From contig JBHLRO010000003.1 of NCBI GenBank assembly GCA_048882505.1, positions 240,001-272,000 of the forward strand: a stretch of 32,000 nt of DNA, given 5' to 3'. Positions 19,994 to 29,096 of the stretch are shown in pieces; position 1 is the first letter of the stretch, and the number at the start of each line of letters is the position of its first letter. The translations under genes and the position numbers were made by a program. Origin of the DNA: Candidatus Thorarchaeota archaeon. Lineage in GTDB: Archaea; Asgardarchaeota; Heimdallarchaeia; Hodarchaeales; Hodarchaeaceae. The notes under the pieces are model-generated. The model made no database searches and was not told where the DNA came from. It saw nothing but the letters and a program-made list of their open reading frames with translations.

Positions 19994-20407
19994 TTAGGTT
20001 GGAGGGACATTAGAGCTGAAACAATCGTATATAATTTTCCATGAACCATCAGATTGCCTTTCGTATAAGGTTAAAGCTTTACCATCTGGCACCGCATCAA
20101 TCGTCTCGCTGCCATCTTTGGGAATAAGTTTCAAGGTGTAATTGCATCTAGTTATTCCCAAGTCACCGTATACCTTAGTCTCCTTTAATTCGATGTTTAT
20201 TTCATAATTCATACGTTCAAAGGTGCCCCGACTTCTTTCTCGGATGTAGTTTTTGCCAATTCTACTCGGTGTATCTGGCGGCATCTGTACCGCGTTGTCA
20301 GCCCATATGGACATCCAGTGATCTAAATCTCCTGAGTTTAAACCAATGGCAAATTGGTTTAACACCTCTTCAACTGCATTGATGTCCCTCTCTTGCGCCT
20401 CATCCAT
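19994..20407 (-). CDS. SnoaL-like / DUF4440 NTF2-family protein
   Basis: LNSGDLDHWMSIWADNAVQMPP...IGKNYIRE, GKALTLYERQSDGSWKIIYD. Confidence 0.9.
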   Translation of the reverse strand: MDEAQERDINAVEEVLNQFAIGLNSGDLDHWMSIWADNAVQMPPDTPSRIGKNYIRERSRGTFERMNYEINIELKETKVYGDLGITRCNYTLKLIPKDGSETIDAVPDGKALTLYERQSDGSWKIIYDCFSSNVPPT

Positions 20408-20469
20408 AATAAAACATCATGTGATTTTCTGCTTATTAAAAGTTTCTTCGCATTGTTTCTTTTTCGGGG

Positions 20470-20487
20470 GTTTTCGAACTTTCCCAA
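20470..20487 (+). repeat. Partial copy of the repeat terminus, in opposite orientation
   Basis: Reverse complement TTGGGAAAGTTCGAAAAC aligns with TTGGGGAAAGTCTAAAAC (19930-19947) and TTGGCGACAGTTCAAAAC (14302-14319), 16 matches each with gaps. Confidence 0.45.
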
Positions 20488-20701
20488 TTCTTGTCTAAAA
20501 AAAGCTCTGAAATTTCAGAGGATTCTCGAACTATGCTCTGGAGTATATTTCGGCCCTGCTAGCCCTATGCTTGACAGAATTCCAGAAAAACTCTATATCT
20601 ACCAAATTGTGGTCGTAAATAATCAGCAATTTCTGGATTGAATGCCTCCTTCTGAATGCTTAAATAAACTTTTGAATCGTTAGAGGGCAAAGGTACTGAT
20701 C

Positions 20702-21763
20702 ATGGAGAAGACTTACATTTCTTTACTAGCAATCAGTCTTATCTTTATTTTTCCGTCAATAAGGATCTCATCTCATACTCTTGAAATACCTCATCAAATT
20801 TCCTATAATAATGATCTTCCACAGAGTTCACAGGATTTTCTCCTCCTACCTATTACTGGCTGTACTATTTTTACTGTAGAATTTAATAATACGATTTATT
20901 TTGCCAGTAGTGAAGATGAAAGTGGCCCACGGAAGAATACAAGATTCTGGTTTGTACCAGCCCCTGATCAAGGTACTTATGGTGCAGTTTATTTTGGGTT
21001 TACTGACAATCTCCCTGGAGCCGATGATATCGATAATTTAGCCGTTGGAGGGATGAATTCTCAGGGTCTGTGTTTTGATGCCAATGGAGTTATGCCGCCC
21101 GCTTATGTTACTCCCAACCAAGGAGGTCCTGCAAGGAGCAGTATAGGCGACTGGGAAGTCATTTTACGGGAATGCGCGACCGTAGACGATGTTATTGAAT
21201 GGCATACGAATCACAATATGGGTGGTTGGTGGGGGAATCAGATTCATTGGGTAGATGCAACAGGCGATGCTGTGGTGATTAGTGCTGGTCGAAACCAGCA
21301 AGTTGCATTTACACGAAAGTATGGGGATTATTTAATCTCGACAAATTTTAACCTCGATAACTATTCACATGGATCCTATCCCTGCCCGCGATATGATGCG
21401 GTCAAGAATAATTTGGATTATTTTATAGACAAAAACGACATTTCTGAGAAACTTATTCAAGAGATACTTGGAATGGTACATCTGGAAGGGACAGAGAACT
21501 ACATAGGAACCGTGTATTCGTATATTATGTATCCTCAAACTCTGGATGTTGTCCTGTACGTTCAACGCGATTATGAGTACCCAGTCAGGTTTAATCTAAA
21601 CTCTGAATTACTCAAGGGAGGACACGAAATCCGAATAGTTCCGGCTCTAAAGTCAAATCCTCCATTGTCCACTTCCATGGCAACTCAAGGATTTGATTCG
21701 TCCTTGTTTTATCCATTTATTATTGTTTTAATGCTTTCCAGAATAAAAAATAAGAGAACTTAA
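20702..21763 (+). CDS. Secreted, membrane-anchored Ntn-hydrolase (peptidase C45 / choloylglycine hydrolase-like)
   Basis: Signal peptide, G-C54-TIF nucleophile site followed by ASSED, GMNSQGL, NQIHWVDATGDAVVI, ISTNF. C-terminal S/T linker plus QGF, hydrophobic helix and basic tail. Confidence 0.8.
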   Translation: MEKTYISLLAISLIFIFPSIRISSHTLEIPHQISYNNDLPQSSQDFLLLPITGCTIFTVEFNNTIYFASSEDESGPRKNTRFWFVPAPDQGTYGAVYFGFTDNLPGADDIDNLAVGGMNSQGLCFDANGVMPPAYVTPNQGGPARSSIGDWEVILRECATVDDVIEWHTNHNMGGWWGNQIHWVDATGDAVVISAGRNQQVAFTRKYGDYLISTNFNLDNYSHGSYPCPRYDAVKNNLDYFIDKNDISEKLIQEILGMVHLEGTENYIGTVYSYIMYPQTLDVVLYVQRDYEYPVRFNLNSELLKGGHEIRIVPALKSNPPLSTSMATQGFDSSLFYPFIIVLMLSRIKNKRT

Positions 21764-22049
21764 GTACCGCATCTTAAAGGGCAAATATTCTTCCATAAGA
21801 GGCACGAAATTCAAGATTACAGGAAAGTCAGGAAGTTCGGATAAAATTCGAAAATAATTGCTCTTGAGAAAACGTAAACCCAAATAAATTACACCATATG
21901 GAATGACCAAAACCTACCGAATTTTGCCCACATTTTTAACCAGGGGCGGAAACAAAATAGGATTTCATTGATTTTACGCCTAATTAACTCTCTGAAGTTT
22001 GGTTAAATTGTCTAGATCGTCTTATTAATACTAGCGGCGACTAATTATC

Positions 22050-25000
22050 TTGAACTTTTTTTCCCGCGCGCCTTTTCACTACTTTGGATGGATAATCATG
22101 ATGATTTTTAGGTCTAAAAAACCTGTTTTCTTCCTCGCTTTACTACTCATCTGTTCTTCTTTAGCCACCTTTGCATTCACTGATTGGTTCATCCTAAATC
22201 ATACCGATCTCGACACGTCTCCCTGGAATACTACATCTGAGACTCTAGATCCCCTAACGGCCTCGACACCTATACACTCCTCTTTTCCTCTGTTTAATCT
22301 TCAGTCCTATACAGCCCATGATCCCGTCGTAATCAACGGAAACTCTGATTTTGCCAGCCAGGCACTAAATGAAGGCTGGCTAGGAAATGGTTCTTCAAGT
22401 AATCCGTACATCATCGAAAATATAGCAATAGTTAATAGTACTGATGGTATCTATGGGGTTTCCATCGCAACGACAATGTACTTCGTTATTCGCCATAGCT
22501 ATATAGAAATGACTGGAGTTGGTTCATCAGGAATCTTCTTTTCAAGTGTTAATAATGTAGGTACGATATACAATACTACCTTGTTTAACAATACTCAGTA
22601 TGGTATATATTTGTCCAGTAGTGATGGAAACAATATTACTCATAATCTTATACAGAATAACCACGAAATCGGTATCAATATTTGGGCAAGTAATGCCAAT
22701 ATTATTGAATATAATACTATTATCGAGAATACAGAGATTACTGGCGCCATTAAACTAACTGTCTCAAGTTATAATAAGATTAATCACAATAATATTTCCT
22801 ATAACCTCAATGGAATCGCACATTCATCAAGCTGTGATTTCAATACATATTATAACAATACGTTTTCTCATAATATACAATACTCTATCTGGTCATCTTC
22901 ATTTTTTGAATATAATAATATTTCAAAGAATGATTTCATATACAATGGTGATACAATAATTTTTTTCCAGAGTTTTACCAGTCATAACATTTTTTCCGGT
23001 AACATGTTTGAAAATAATACTGGAGAAGGTGTGCGGTTTGCTTCCAGCTCCGATAATAATTCTATCTACGATAATACCTTTACAAACAATACATATGGCT
23101 TGAACAGTAATGTCGGCGCGAGTTGGGTTTATAACAATACATTCAAAGGAAACTCCTACGCCTTAAGAATTTTAAATGGTTTTTATGGTGTATATCAAAA
23201 CAATACAATAATAAGCAACGGTTATGGAATCTACGTCTGGAATGGAGACAATAACACTTTCATTGATAACAATGTCATAAACAATTCTAATGGAATTTAT
23301 TTTACCTCATCGGACAATAATACCTTTTATGGTAACAATTTTTTACATAATGTAGTGCAAGGGTTCTCTAGCACGTCTACAAACTATGCTGACAATGGAA
23401 CATTTGGGAATTTCTGGCTAGATCATTTGGGAATGGATAATGATTCAGATGGAATTCTTGATACGCCTTATGCGTTAGATGGTTTAGGTGGGGTAGAAGA
23501 CAATTTTCCCTTGTCAATTTGGAATAATGAAACATTTAATCCAGAAATTATAAACTCTCCCACTAATTTGACATACGAGACCCATTCAATCGGTCATAAT
23601 TTGACATGGAGAGCAATAGACGAGAGCCCAGATGTGTATGAAGTATTTTTTAATGGTAGTTCACAAGGAACAAAGACTTTTACATCAAGAGAATTCTTTA
23701 ATGTATCCGTTGATGGGTTTGATTTAGGTGAAACAAATGTTACTGTTACTTTTCGGGATACAGATGGTAATATAGAAAGTAACACCATTTTTGTCACAGT
23801 ATTGGATACCATCCCCCCGAATTTAACATCAGGTAAAGTTTTTACCTTTATGGAGGATTTGCCTGATAAATCAATCAACTGGACTCTTATGGATTTATAT
23901 CCATGGAATTATACCATCTTCAAAGATGGCGTACTTTATGCCAATGGCTCTTGGCAATCTGGGCAGACCATTATTGTCAATGTAACTAGTTTACCATTAG
24001 GAGTATACGAATTCATACTATACGCAAATGACTCTTCTTCCAATATTAATTCTTCTACGCATTATGTCGTGATTTATGATGGAACGGCTCCTGTTGTAAG
24101 CCAACCCACTAATATCTCCTACGAATACGGTTATTTCACGCCTCCCATCACCTGGATTGCCACGGATAAACATCCGGAAAACTATACGGTATTCGTTGAT
24201 GATTCCGAATATACTAATGGGACATGGACTTCAGGTTCATACATTTATTTTGATCCTGCAGGGTTTACTCCTGGCACTTATAATGTAACCATTATCGTTT
24301 ATGATACTTCGGGCTTAAACGCTACCAGTACTGTTTTCGTTACGGTACTTCCTGACTCAACCATTCCGATTGTCACAAGTCCAGGAAATCAAACAATCGC
24401 AGAAAACACTTCCATTACAATAGTCTCGTGGACTGCAAGCGATTATAATCCCACAACGTATGAAATCTATCAGAATGGAGTTCTAATTCAGTCTGATATT
24501 TGGAACAACAGTTTTCCCATTGAATTAATAATATATGATGCAGTTGTAGGCATTTATAACTATACGATTATACTGAAAGACATAAGTAATTTGACAACCT
24601 CAGATACCATTTTCGTTGCCGTAGAACCGTTAGTGGGTACTGCTATTAATCATCCATTGGATATCACATACACCGAAGGTATGACAAACAACCTGATCTA
24701 TTGGAGTATTATCAGTAATGAAACGGGGAGCTATACAATCTATCAGGATGATTTTCCAGTTGATGGCGGAAACTGGACGAATAATACGCTTATTAACTAT
24801 TCTGTTGATAATTTAGGTCCAGGAACATACAATTTTACCCTCTGGGTTAATACATCTCAAAGCTATATTCTGAATGATACCGTCTTCGTTTTTGTGACGA
24901 TAGATTCAATGGCTCCAAATATTAGCGATGAAACCGATTTCATTATCCTAGAACACAGTTTTGATAATAATATTACATGGACGGTCTCAGACCTAAATCC

Positions 25001-25892
25001 TGATATCTATGTGATTTATAGAAACAATTCTATTGTTCAATCCGGCCCATGGATAGGAACCACTATCGTCATCGCAATCCCTGACTTACCTCCACGAATA
25101 TACAACTACACTTTGATGGTTTATGATATTAGGGGATCAGTTGCCCAAGATACCGTTTTTGTGACGATTTTAGATAACACAGCCCCGATCATTTTGAACT
25201 CACCTCAGAATCAGGCTGTTGAGAACAGTACGGGCCTTATACTCTCATGGGTCGCCATCGACTATAATCCCACGACCTACTCCATGGTTTTGGCTAATGG
25301 TACCGTGCTTGGTGGAACCTGGGAAAATTATACATTCATTGCCTTCGTTCTCGATGACTTGAGCTTGGGAGACCATATATTTACTATTACCTTCTCAGAC
25401 TTCTATGGGCTCACAACTTCCTCCTACGTAACCATCAGCGTTGTTGATATTACCTCCCCTATTATATCTCATCTTCCAGACCAAACATATGTAGAAGGGA
25501 CTGCCTCAGTCATTATAACTTGGGAGATCTCTGATAACGACGCAGGAGCTTATGAAATCTACTTGGATGGTGTTCCTTATTACTCAGATAGATGGATCAA
25601 GAATTCCTCAGTGTCCATTGATGTCGGAAACTCCCCTGCAGGCACCTATAATTATACCGTTGTAGTAACCGATTATTCGGGAAATACAGCGGTCGATACT
25701 GTAATTGTTACAGTAAACAAGATTCATCCAATTACCACAGACCCTTTAAATCCTGATCCGATTAGTAATCCCCCAAGTTCCAGTTCTACTTCTACGACAA
25801 CGGTTCAAAAGATCTCTCCAGGATTTGAAGGAATATTCGTCTTAGCCCTTGGCATATGTTATCTTATTACCCGAAAATCATTGAAAAAATGA
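22050..25892 (+). CDS. Large surface glycoprotein: NosD/CASH parallel beta-helix + 8 Ig-like repeats + PGF-like C-terminal sorting signal
   Basis: HDPVVINGNSDF...WLGNGSSSNPYIIEN lead-in, repeated GIY...S..N.I..N.I..NN coils, GNFWLD, eight ~90-aa W/Y/G repeats, SSSSTSTTT linker, SPGF-TM-RKSLKK. Many NxS/T sequons. Likely ATG at 22098. Confidence 0.88.
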   Translation: MNFFSRAPFHYFGWIIMMIFRSKKPVFFLALLLICSSLATFAFTDWFILNHTDLDTSPWNTTSETLDPLTASTPIHSSFPLFNLQSYTAHDPVVINGNSDFASQALNEGWLGNGSSSNPYIIENIAIVNSTDGIYGVSIATTMYFVIRHSYIEMTGVGSSGIFFSSVNNVGTIYNTTLFNNTQYGIYLSSSDGNNITHNLIQNNHEIGINIWASNANIIEYNTIIENTEITGAIKLTVSSYNKINHNNISYNLNGIAHSSSCDFNTYYNNTFSHNIQYSIWSSSFFEYNNISKNDFIYNGDTIIFFQSFTSHNIFSGNMFENNTGEGVRFASSSDNNSIYDNTFTNNTYGLNSNVGASWVYNNTFKGNSYALRILNGFYGVYQNNTIISNGYGIYVWNGDNNTFIDNNVINNSNGIYFTSSDNNTFYGNNFLHNVVQGFSSTSTNYADNGTFGNFWLDHLGMDNDSDGILDTPYALDGLGGVEDNFPLSIWNNETFNPEIINSPTNLTYETHSIGHNLTWRAIDESPDVYEVFFNGSSQGTKTFTSREFFNVSVDGFDLGETNVTVTFRDTDGNIESNTIFVTVLDTIPPNLTSGKVFTFMEDLPDKSINWTLMDLYPWNYTIFKDGVLYANGSWQSGQTIIVNVTSLPLGVYEFILYANDSSSNINSSTHYVVIYDGTAPVVSQPTNISYEYGYFTPPITWIATDKHPENYTVFVDDSEYTNGTWTSGSYIYFDPAGFTPGTYNVTIIVYDTSGLNATSTVFVTVLPDSTIPIVTSPGNQTIAENTSITIVSWTASDYNPTTYEIYQNGVLIQSDIWNNSFPIELIIYDAVVGIYNYTIILKDISNLTTSDTIFVAVEPLVGTAINHPLDITYTEGMTNNLIYWSIISNETGSYTIYQDDFPVDGGNWTNNTLINYSVDNLGPGTYNFTLWVNTSQSYILNDTVFVFVTIDSMAPNISDETDFIILEHSFDNNITWTVSDLNPDIYVIYRNNSIVQSGPWIGTTIVIAIPDLPPRIYNYTLMVYDIRGSVAQDTVFVTILDNTAPIILNSPQNQAVENSTGLILSWVAIDYNPTTYSMVLANGTVLGGTWENYTFIAFVLDDLSLGDHIFTITFSDFYGLTTSSYVTISVVDITSPIISHLPDQTYVEGTASVIITWEISDNDAGAYEIYLDGVPYYSDRWIKNSSVSIDVGNSPAGTYNYTVVVTDYSGNTAVDTVIVTVNKIHPITTDPLNPDPISNPPSSSSTSTTTVQKISPGFEGIFVLALGICYLITRKSLKK
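23541..25719 (+). repeat. Eight tandem ~90-aa Ig-like protein repeats
   Basis: Recurring D.x.P.I...P...Y.E....I.W...D..P..Y.IY.NG.....W........G.YN.T..V.D..G.....TVFVTV pattern, counted 8 times. Confidence 0.8.
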
Positions 25893-25977
25893 GGTCGGCT
25901 TTCTCCCTAACGCCATTTTATTCTTTTATTGCTATTATGATCGCTACAGTTTTTACGAATCTTTTCAATCTCTTATC

Positions 25978-26429
25978 CTAAATGTTTTTCTTTTTCCTGA
26001 CGGTTAAGACCAGATTTTTCATTTTAATAGGTAAGCGTTCATTTGGCCACCTTGGTTCCTCATCTATCGTCTTATATGCTATTCCACCGCTTTCAGAGCA
26101 TATAGCACCGCCCCTAATGAATGATCTGCGATATGGGCCGTAGCTACAGCGTGTCCGACGGAACGTACTACTGCCACTATTGTTGGATTTGAGGATTCTC
26201 TCGTTGCCCAATGAGCTCGCACTAAAGCCTTTCTTGCGTCTCCTACTGTCGTCTTTCCGCGGATCCACTCTCTAGCGATAAATATGCGTGTTCTAGTCTT
26301 TCATCTACATCTCCCCCGAGAAGATATAGAACGTGTTTTGCACAATCACAAGCCCATTTCATCAGCTGATAATGCTGTTCCTCTTTGAGGGATTCACCGC
26401 GGTGCTCTGCGATAAATCGTACCTCTCAT
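25978..26429 (-). pseudogene. Frameshifted pseudogene of a ~151-aa helical protein resembling the Imm-5-like putative immunity protein family
   Basis: Joined frames: MR..RFIAEHRGESLKEEQHYQLMKWACDCAKHVLYLLGGDVDERLEHA / FIAREWIRGKTTVGDARKA...ARSVGHAVATAH-like segment (VRSVGHAVATAHIADHSLGAVLYALKAV) / AYKTIDEEPRWPNERLP...RKKKNI*. 452 nt plus 4 missing bases gives 152 codons. Confidence 0.75.
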
Positions 26430-26532
26430 ATTCTTATCACAATCCATTTTTGACATGAACTAATAACAGGTGAGGTACACACGGTATTTTCAAGATAAAA
26501 CTTATCAAGTTCTTCAGAATTGTGGGACACTC

Positions 26533-27339
26533 ATGACATATACTTTATCTTTAGCTGAGCTACTTTCGGACTGTGATCTAATAGTTGAAGACTCATTTAC
26601 ATCTAAGAGTTTAAATCCCAGGATTTGGGTACCTTTCTATCTTCCACATTGGAGTTCGCGAGAACAATCCAAGCCATCTTATGAAATGAAGAACAATAAT
26701 CTTATTCTGAAAATTGAAGAAAACCAAGAGCCTTGGTGTCCTGAATTTGATGATAAAGTTATTGTATCCTCTATCCAAACAGGATTATTCGCAGGAGGTC
26801 TTGGAACCAAGGTTGGTCAGCATAGGTTTAATGATGCTTGCGTGGTACAAGAAGAACAGGAACCCCTTAGATTGTGCACACCTACTTATGGTTATTTTGA
26901 GGTTAGAGCTAAAGGTAAGATCTCAGCCAATAATCTTATCACACTATGGATGATTGGATATGAGGATGAACCATACAGATCTGCAGAGATTTGCATATTT
27001 GAAATCTTTGGAGATAAAGTTGAAAAAAACACTATCGAGATAGGTTATGGACTACATCCTTTCGGAGATCCAAATATAAATGATGAATTCTACAAAGAAA
27101 CATTTAATCTTGATATAGCAGAATTTCATACCTTTGGTGTACACTGGACACCCGATTTTATCGATTTTTTCGTTGATTCTGAAGTTATTAGAAAGATAAA
27201 CCAGAGTCCAGATTATCCGATGCAATTCATGTTAGGCATCTATGAATTTGCTAGGAACGAAACTCCGAACAAATCAAGCGAAAAGTATCCTAAAGAGTTT
27301 TTCATTGACTATTTCAAAGTTTACAAAAAAAGGAATTAG
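26533..27339 (+). CDS. Glycoside hydrolase family 16 protein with variant catalytic motif
   Basis: YGYFEVRAK, LWMIG...AEICIFEIFG, FHTFGVHWTPDFIDFFVD, IDYFKVY. No signal peptide. ATG at 26533 (ORF track start 26470). Confidence 0.85.
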   Translation: MTYTLSLAELLSDCDLIVEDSFTSKSLNPRIWVPFYLPHWSSREQSKPSYEMKNNNLILKIEENQEPWCPEFDDKVIVSSIQTGLFAGGLGTKVGQHRFNDACVVQEEQEPLRLCTPTYGYFEVRAKGKISANNLITLWMIGYEDEPYRSAEICIFEIFGDKVEKNTIEIGYGLHPFGDPNINDEFYKETFNLDIAEFHTFGVHWTPDFIDFFVDSEVIRKINQSPDYPMQFMLGIYEFARNETPNKSSEKYPKEFFIDYFKVYKKRN

Positions 27340-27539
27340 ATTCGCCTTTTAGATTTCCAAACATCCATCTAAAAATAGAATAGGAAGATTTTCCCAAGGC
27401 AGACCGAAACAGTGATTAGAGGAAACATTTATGAAATTGGAATAGGATTCCTTGGTTTTTCATACCATTCAATTTTGTGTAAAAATTGATGGGATCCTGT
27501 AAACCACTTCAAAAGCGAAGGAGTTTTGGAAAAGTGGCG

Positions 27540-29087
27540 TTATTCGTACTGAACGCAGGATTTTAACAATATTAGCGAGGCTAGCATAAATGTGATAGAA
27601 ACCGTTACGCTTATCGCAAATATTGGTACGAACAATTGGAAACCTATGCTGGTTCCTATAAATGGTAAAATGAAATTCGACAATACAGGGGAACCTACCA
27701 GGAGGACATTCAATATTGTCATTATTTTTGCAGGTTCATCAAAGTCAAAACCTTGAGGATACAAAATCAACGTAAAAATAGATCCAATAACGTCTATTAA
27801 GAGAACAAAAATTATCGAAGAGTTCACTAAGTTTTTAGCGGGGACAAGGCGCCATAAAAAAATCAATATTGAAGCCATGTACCCTAATCTTGAATAATAG
27901 AACAGAATCAGAGCCAATATTGATATCATAATAAACAGATCATCAAGAGAAAGGGAAAACGAGACAATTTTCTGCATAAGAGTGAGTCCAAGAGAAAGAA
28001 ATATGAAGAGGCTAGGAATACCTAGGGGGATTACAATTCCTTCGAGGAGGGTCCTTATTTTGAGAAATAGATATTTGGAGGTTGAAATCCGACTGAGGAG
28101 CATTTCTTCCATCTTAAATTCCCTCTCGATTGTTATTCTTGGAAATTTGAAGAATAACATGTAAAAGGTGGCAAAAGGGATTTGTACAGCTAGTGCAAAA
28201 ATCGGGTTGACGAAAATCGAACAAAGCGTGATTATGGTAAGATAAACCAGAAACATGGGTTTTCTTATCTCTTTAGCTTGTATTGTTTCAAGAAGAGAAT
28301 AATAACCGTGCTTAGGTAATTTTTCAGAGTTAGTTTGAAGATCTATCAACCTAGTCTCTCTAACAAATGTATTCATCCTTTGATCTATGATTTTGAGCAA
28401 GATCAAACCTGCAATGACATCTAAAACGATTAAAATCATAGAAATAAACATGAAAAACTCAATTGTGCTCAAGGCAGTCATTAGCTGCTCAAAACTGGGT
28501 ATAAGGGCAAACATGTTACCGAATATAAACATTGATCCTAGTAACATGCTTATTTGAGCATAATAGACGAGAATCCGAAATATATGGCTTTGGAATTTGC
28601 ACTCATTGACTGATATTAAGATTGAACACAACAAAAACCAAAATGAAACAAGTAAACTTATTATCAAAATGAAGAAGGGAAACTGAACCAATAGCTCGCT
28701 TTCTCCGATCAAAAAATTGTGTAAAGCAACCAGAGTACTACAAAGCAATATTGGGATTACGAAAAGGAAATAATTTGCAAAACAGCGAGACAACAGGACT
28801 GGCTTAAAATCCTTAACTTTCATTACCAAAAAGTCCCGCATTTCCAAGTCCGTCTCACGAGACACAAAATCAAGATTAAGTGGGAAAAAAACGATAATTG
28901 CAAAACTACCAAGGATTAATTGAAAAGTGAGTGTCAATCTAACTTCGAGAAACAAGACCGCCATAATTGCTGGCATAAATATGAGAAAAATAGTGATGTT
29001 GTAACCCCAAACCATCATCGAAGTTTTGAAACGATATTTTAGTTCGTTTAATATAAAAAAGGATGAATTGTGCCAGAAAATCAGCAC
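27540..29087 (-). CDS. ABC-2 type transporter permease, probably two fused membrane modules
   Basis: About 12 TM segments, directly downstream of an ABC ATPase. Two ERE/ETD...LL..-type motifs. Confidence 0.75.
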   Translation of the reverse strand: MLIFWHNSSFFILNELKYRFKTSMMVWGYNITIFLIFMPAIMAVLFLEVRLTLTFQLILGSFAIIVFFPLNLDFVSRETDLEMRDFLVMKVKDFKPVLLSRCFANYFLFVIPILLCSTLVALHNFLIGESELLVQFPFFILIISLLVSFWFLLCSILISVNECKFQSHIFRILVYYAQISMLLGSMFIFGNMFALIPSFEQLMTALSTIEFFMFISMILIVLDVIAGLILLKIIDQRMNTFVRETRLIDLQTNSEKLPKHGYYSLLETIQAKEIRKPMFLVYLTIITLCSIFVNPIFALAVQIPFATFYMLFFKFPRITIEREFKMEEMLLSRISTSKYLFLKIRTLLEGIVIPLGIPSLFIFLSLGLTLMQKIVSFSLSLDDLFIMISILALILFYYSRLGYMASILIFLWRLVPAKNLVNSSIIFVLLIDVIGSIFTLILYPQGFDFDEPAKIMTILNVLLVGSPVLSNFILPFIGTSIGFQLFVPIFAISVTVSITFMLASLILLKSCVQYE

Positions 29088-29096
29088 CTCCCATAG

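Noticed and set aside
20393-20641. 82-aa plus-strand ORF
   Set aside because: Overlaps the SnoaL start and the divergent promoter region, has no motif, and contains the repeat terminus.
25978-26268. 96-aa minus-strand ORF as an independent gene
   Set aside because: Only its last ~33 residues are in the true frame of the pseudogene; the rest is off-frame.
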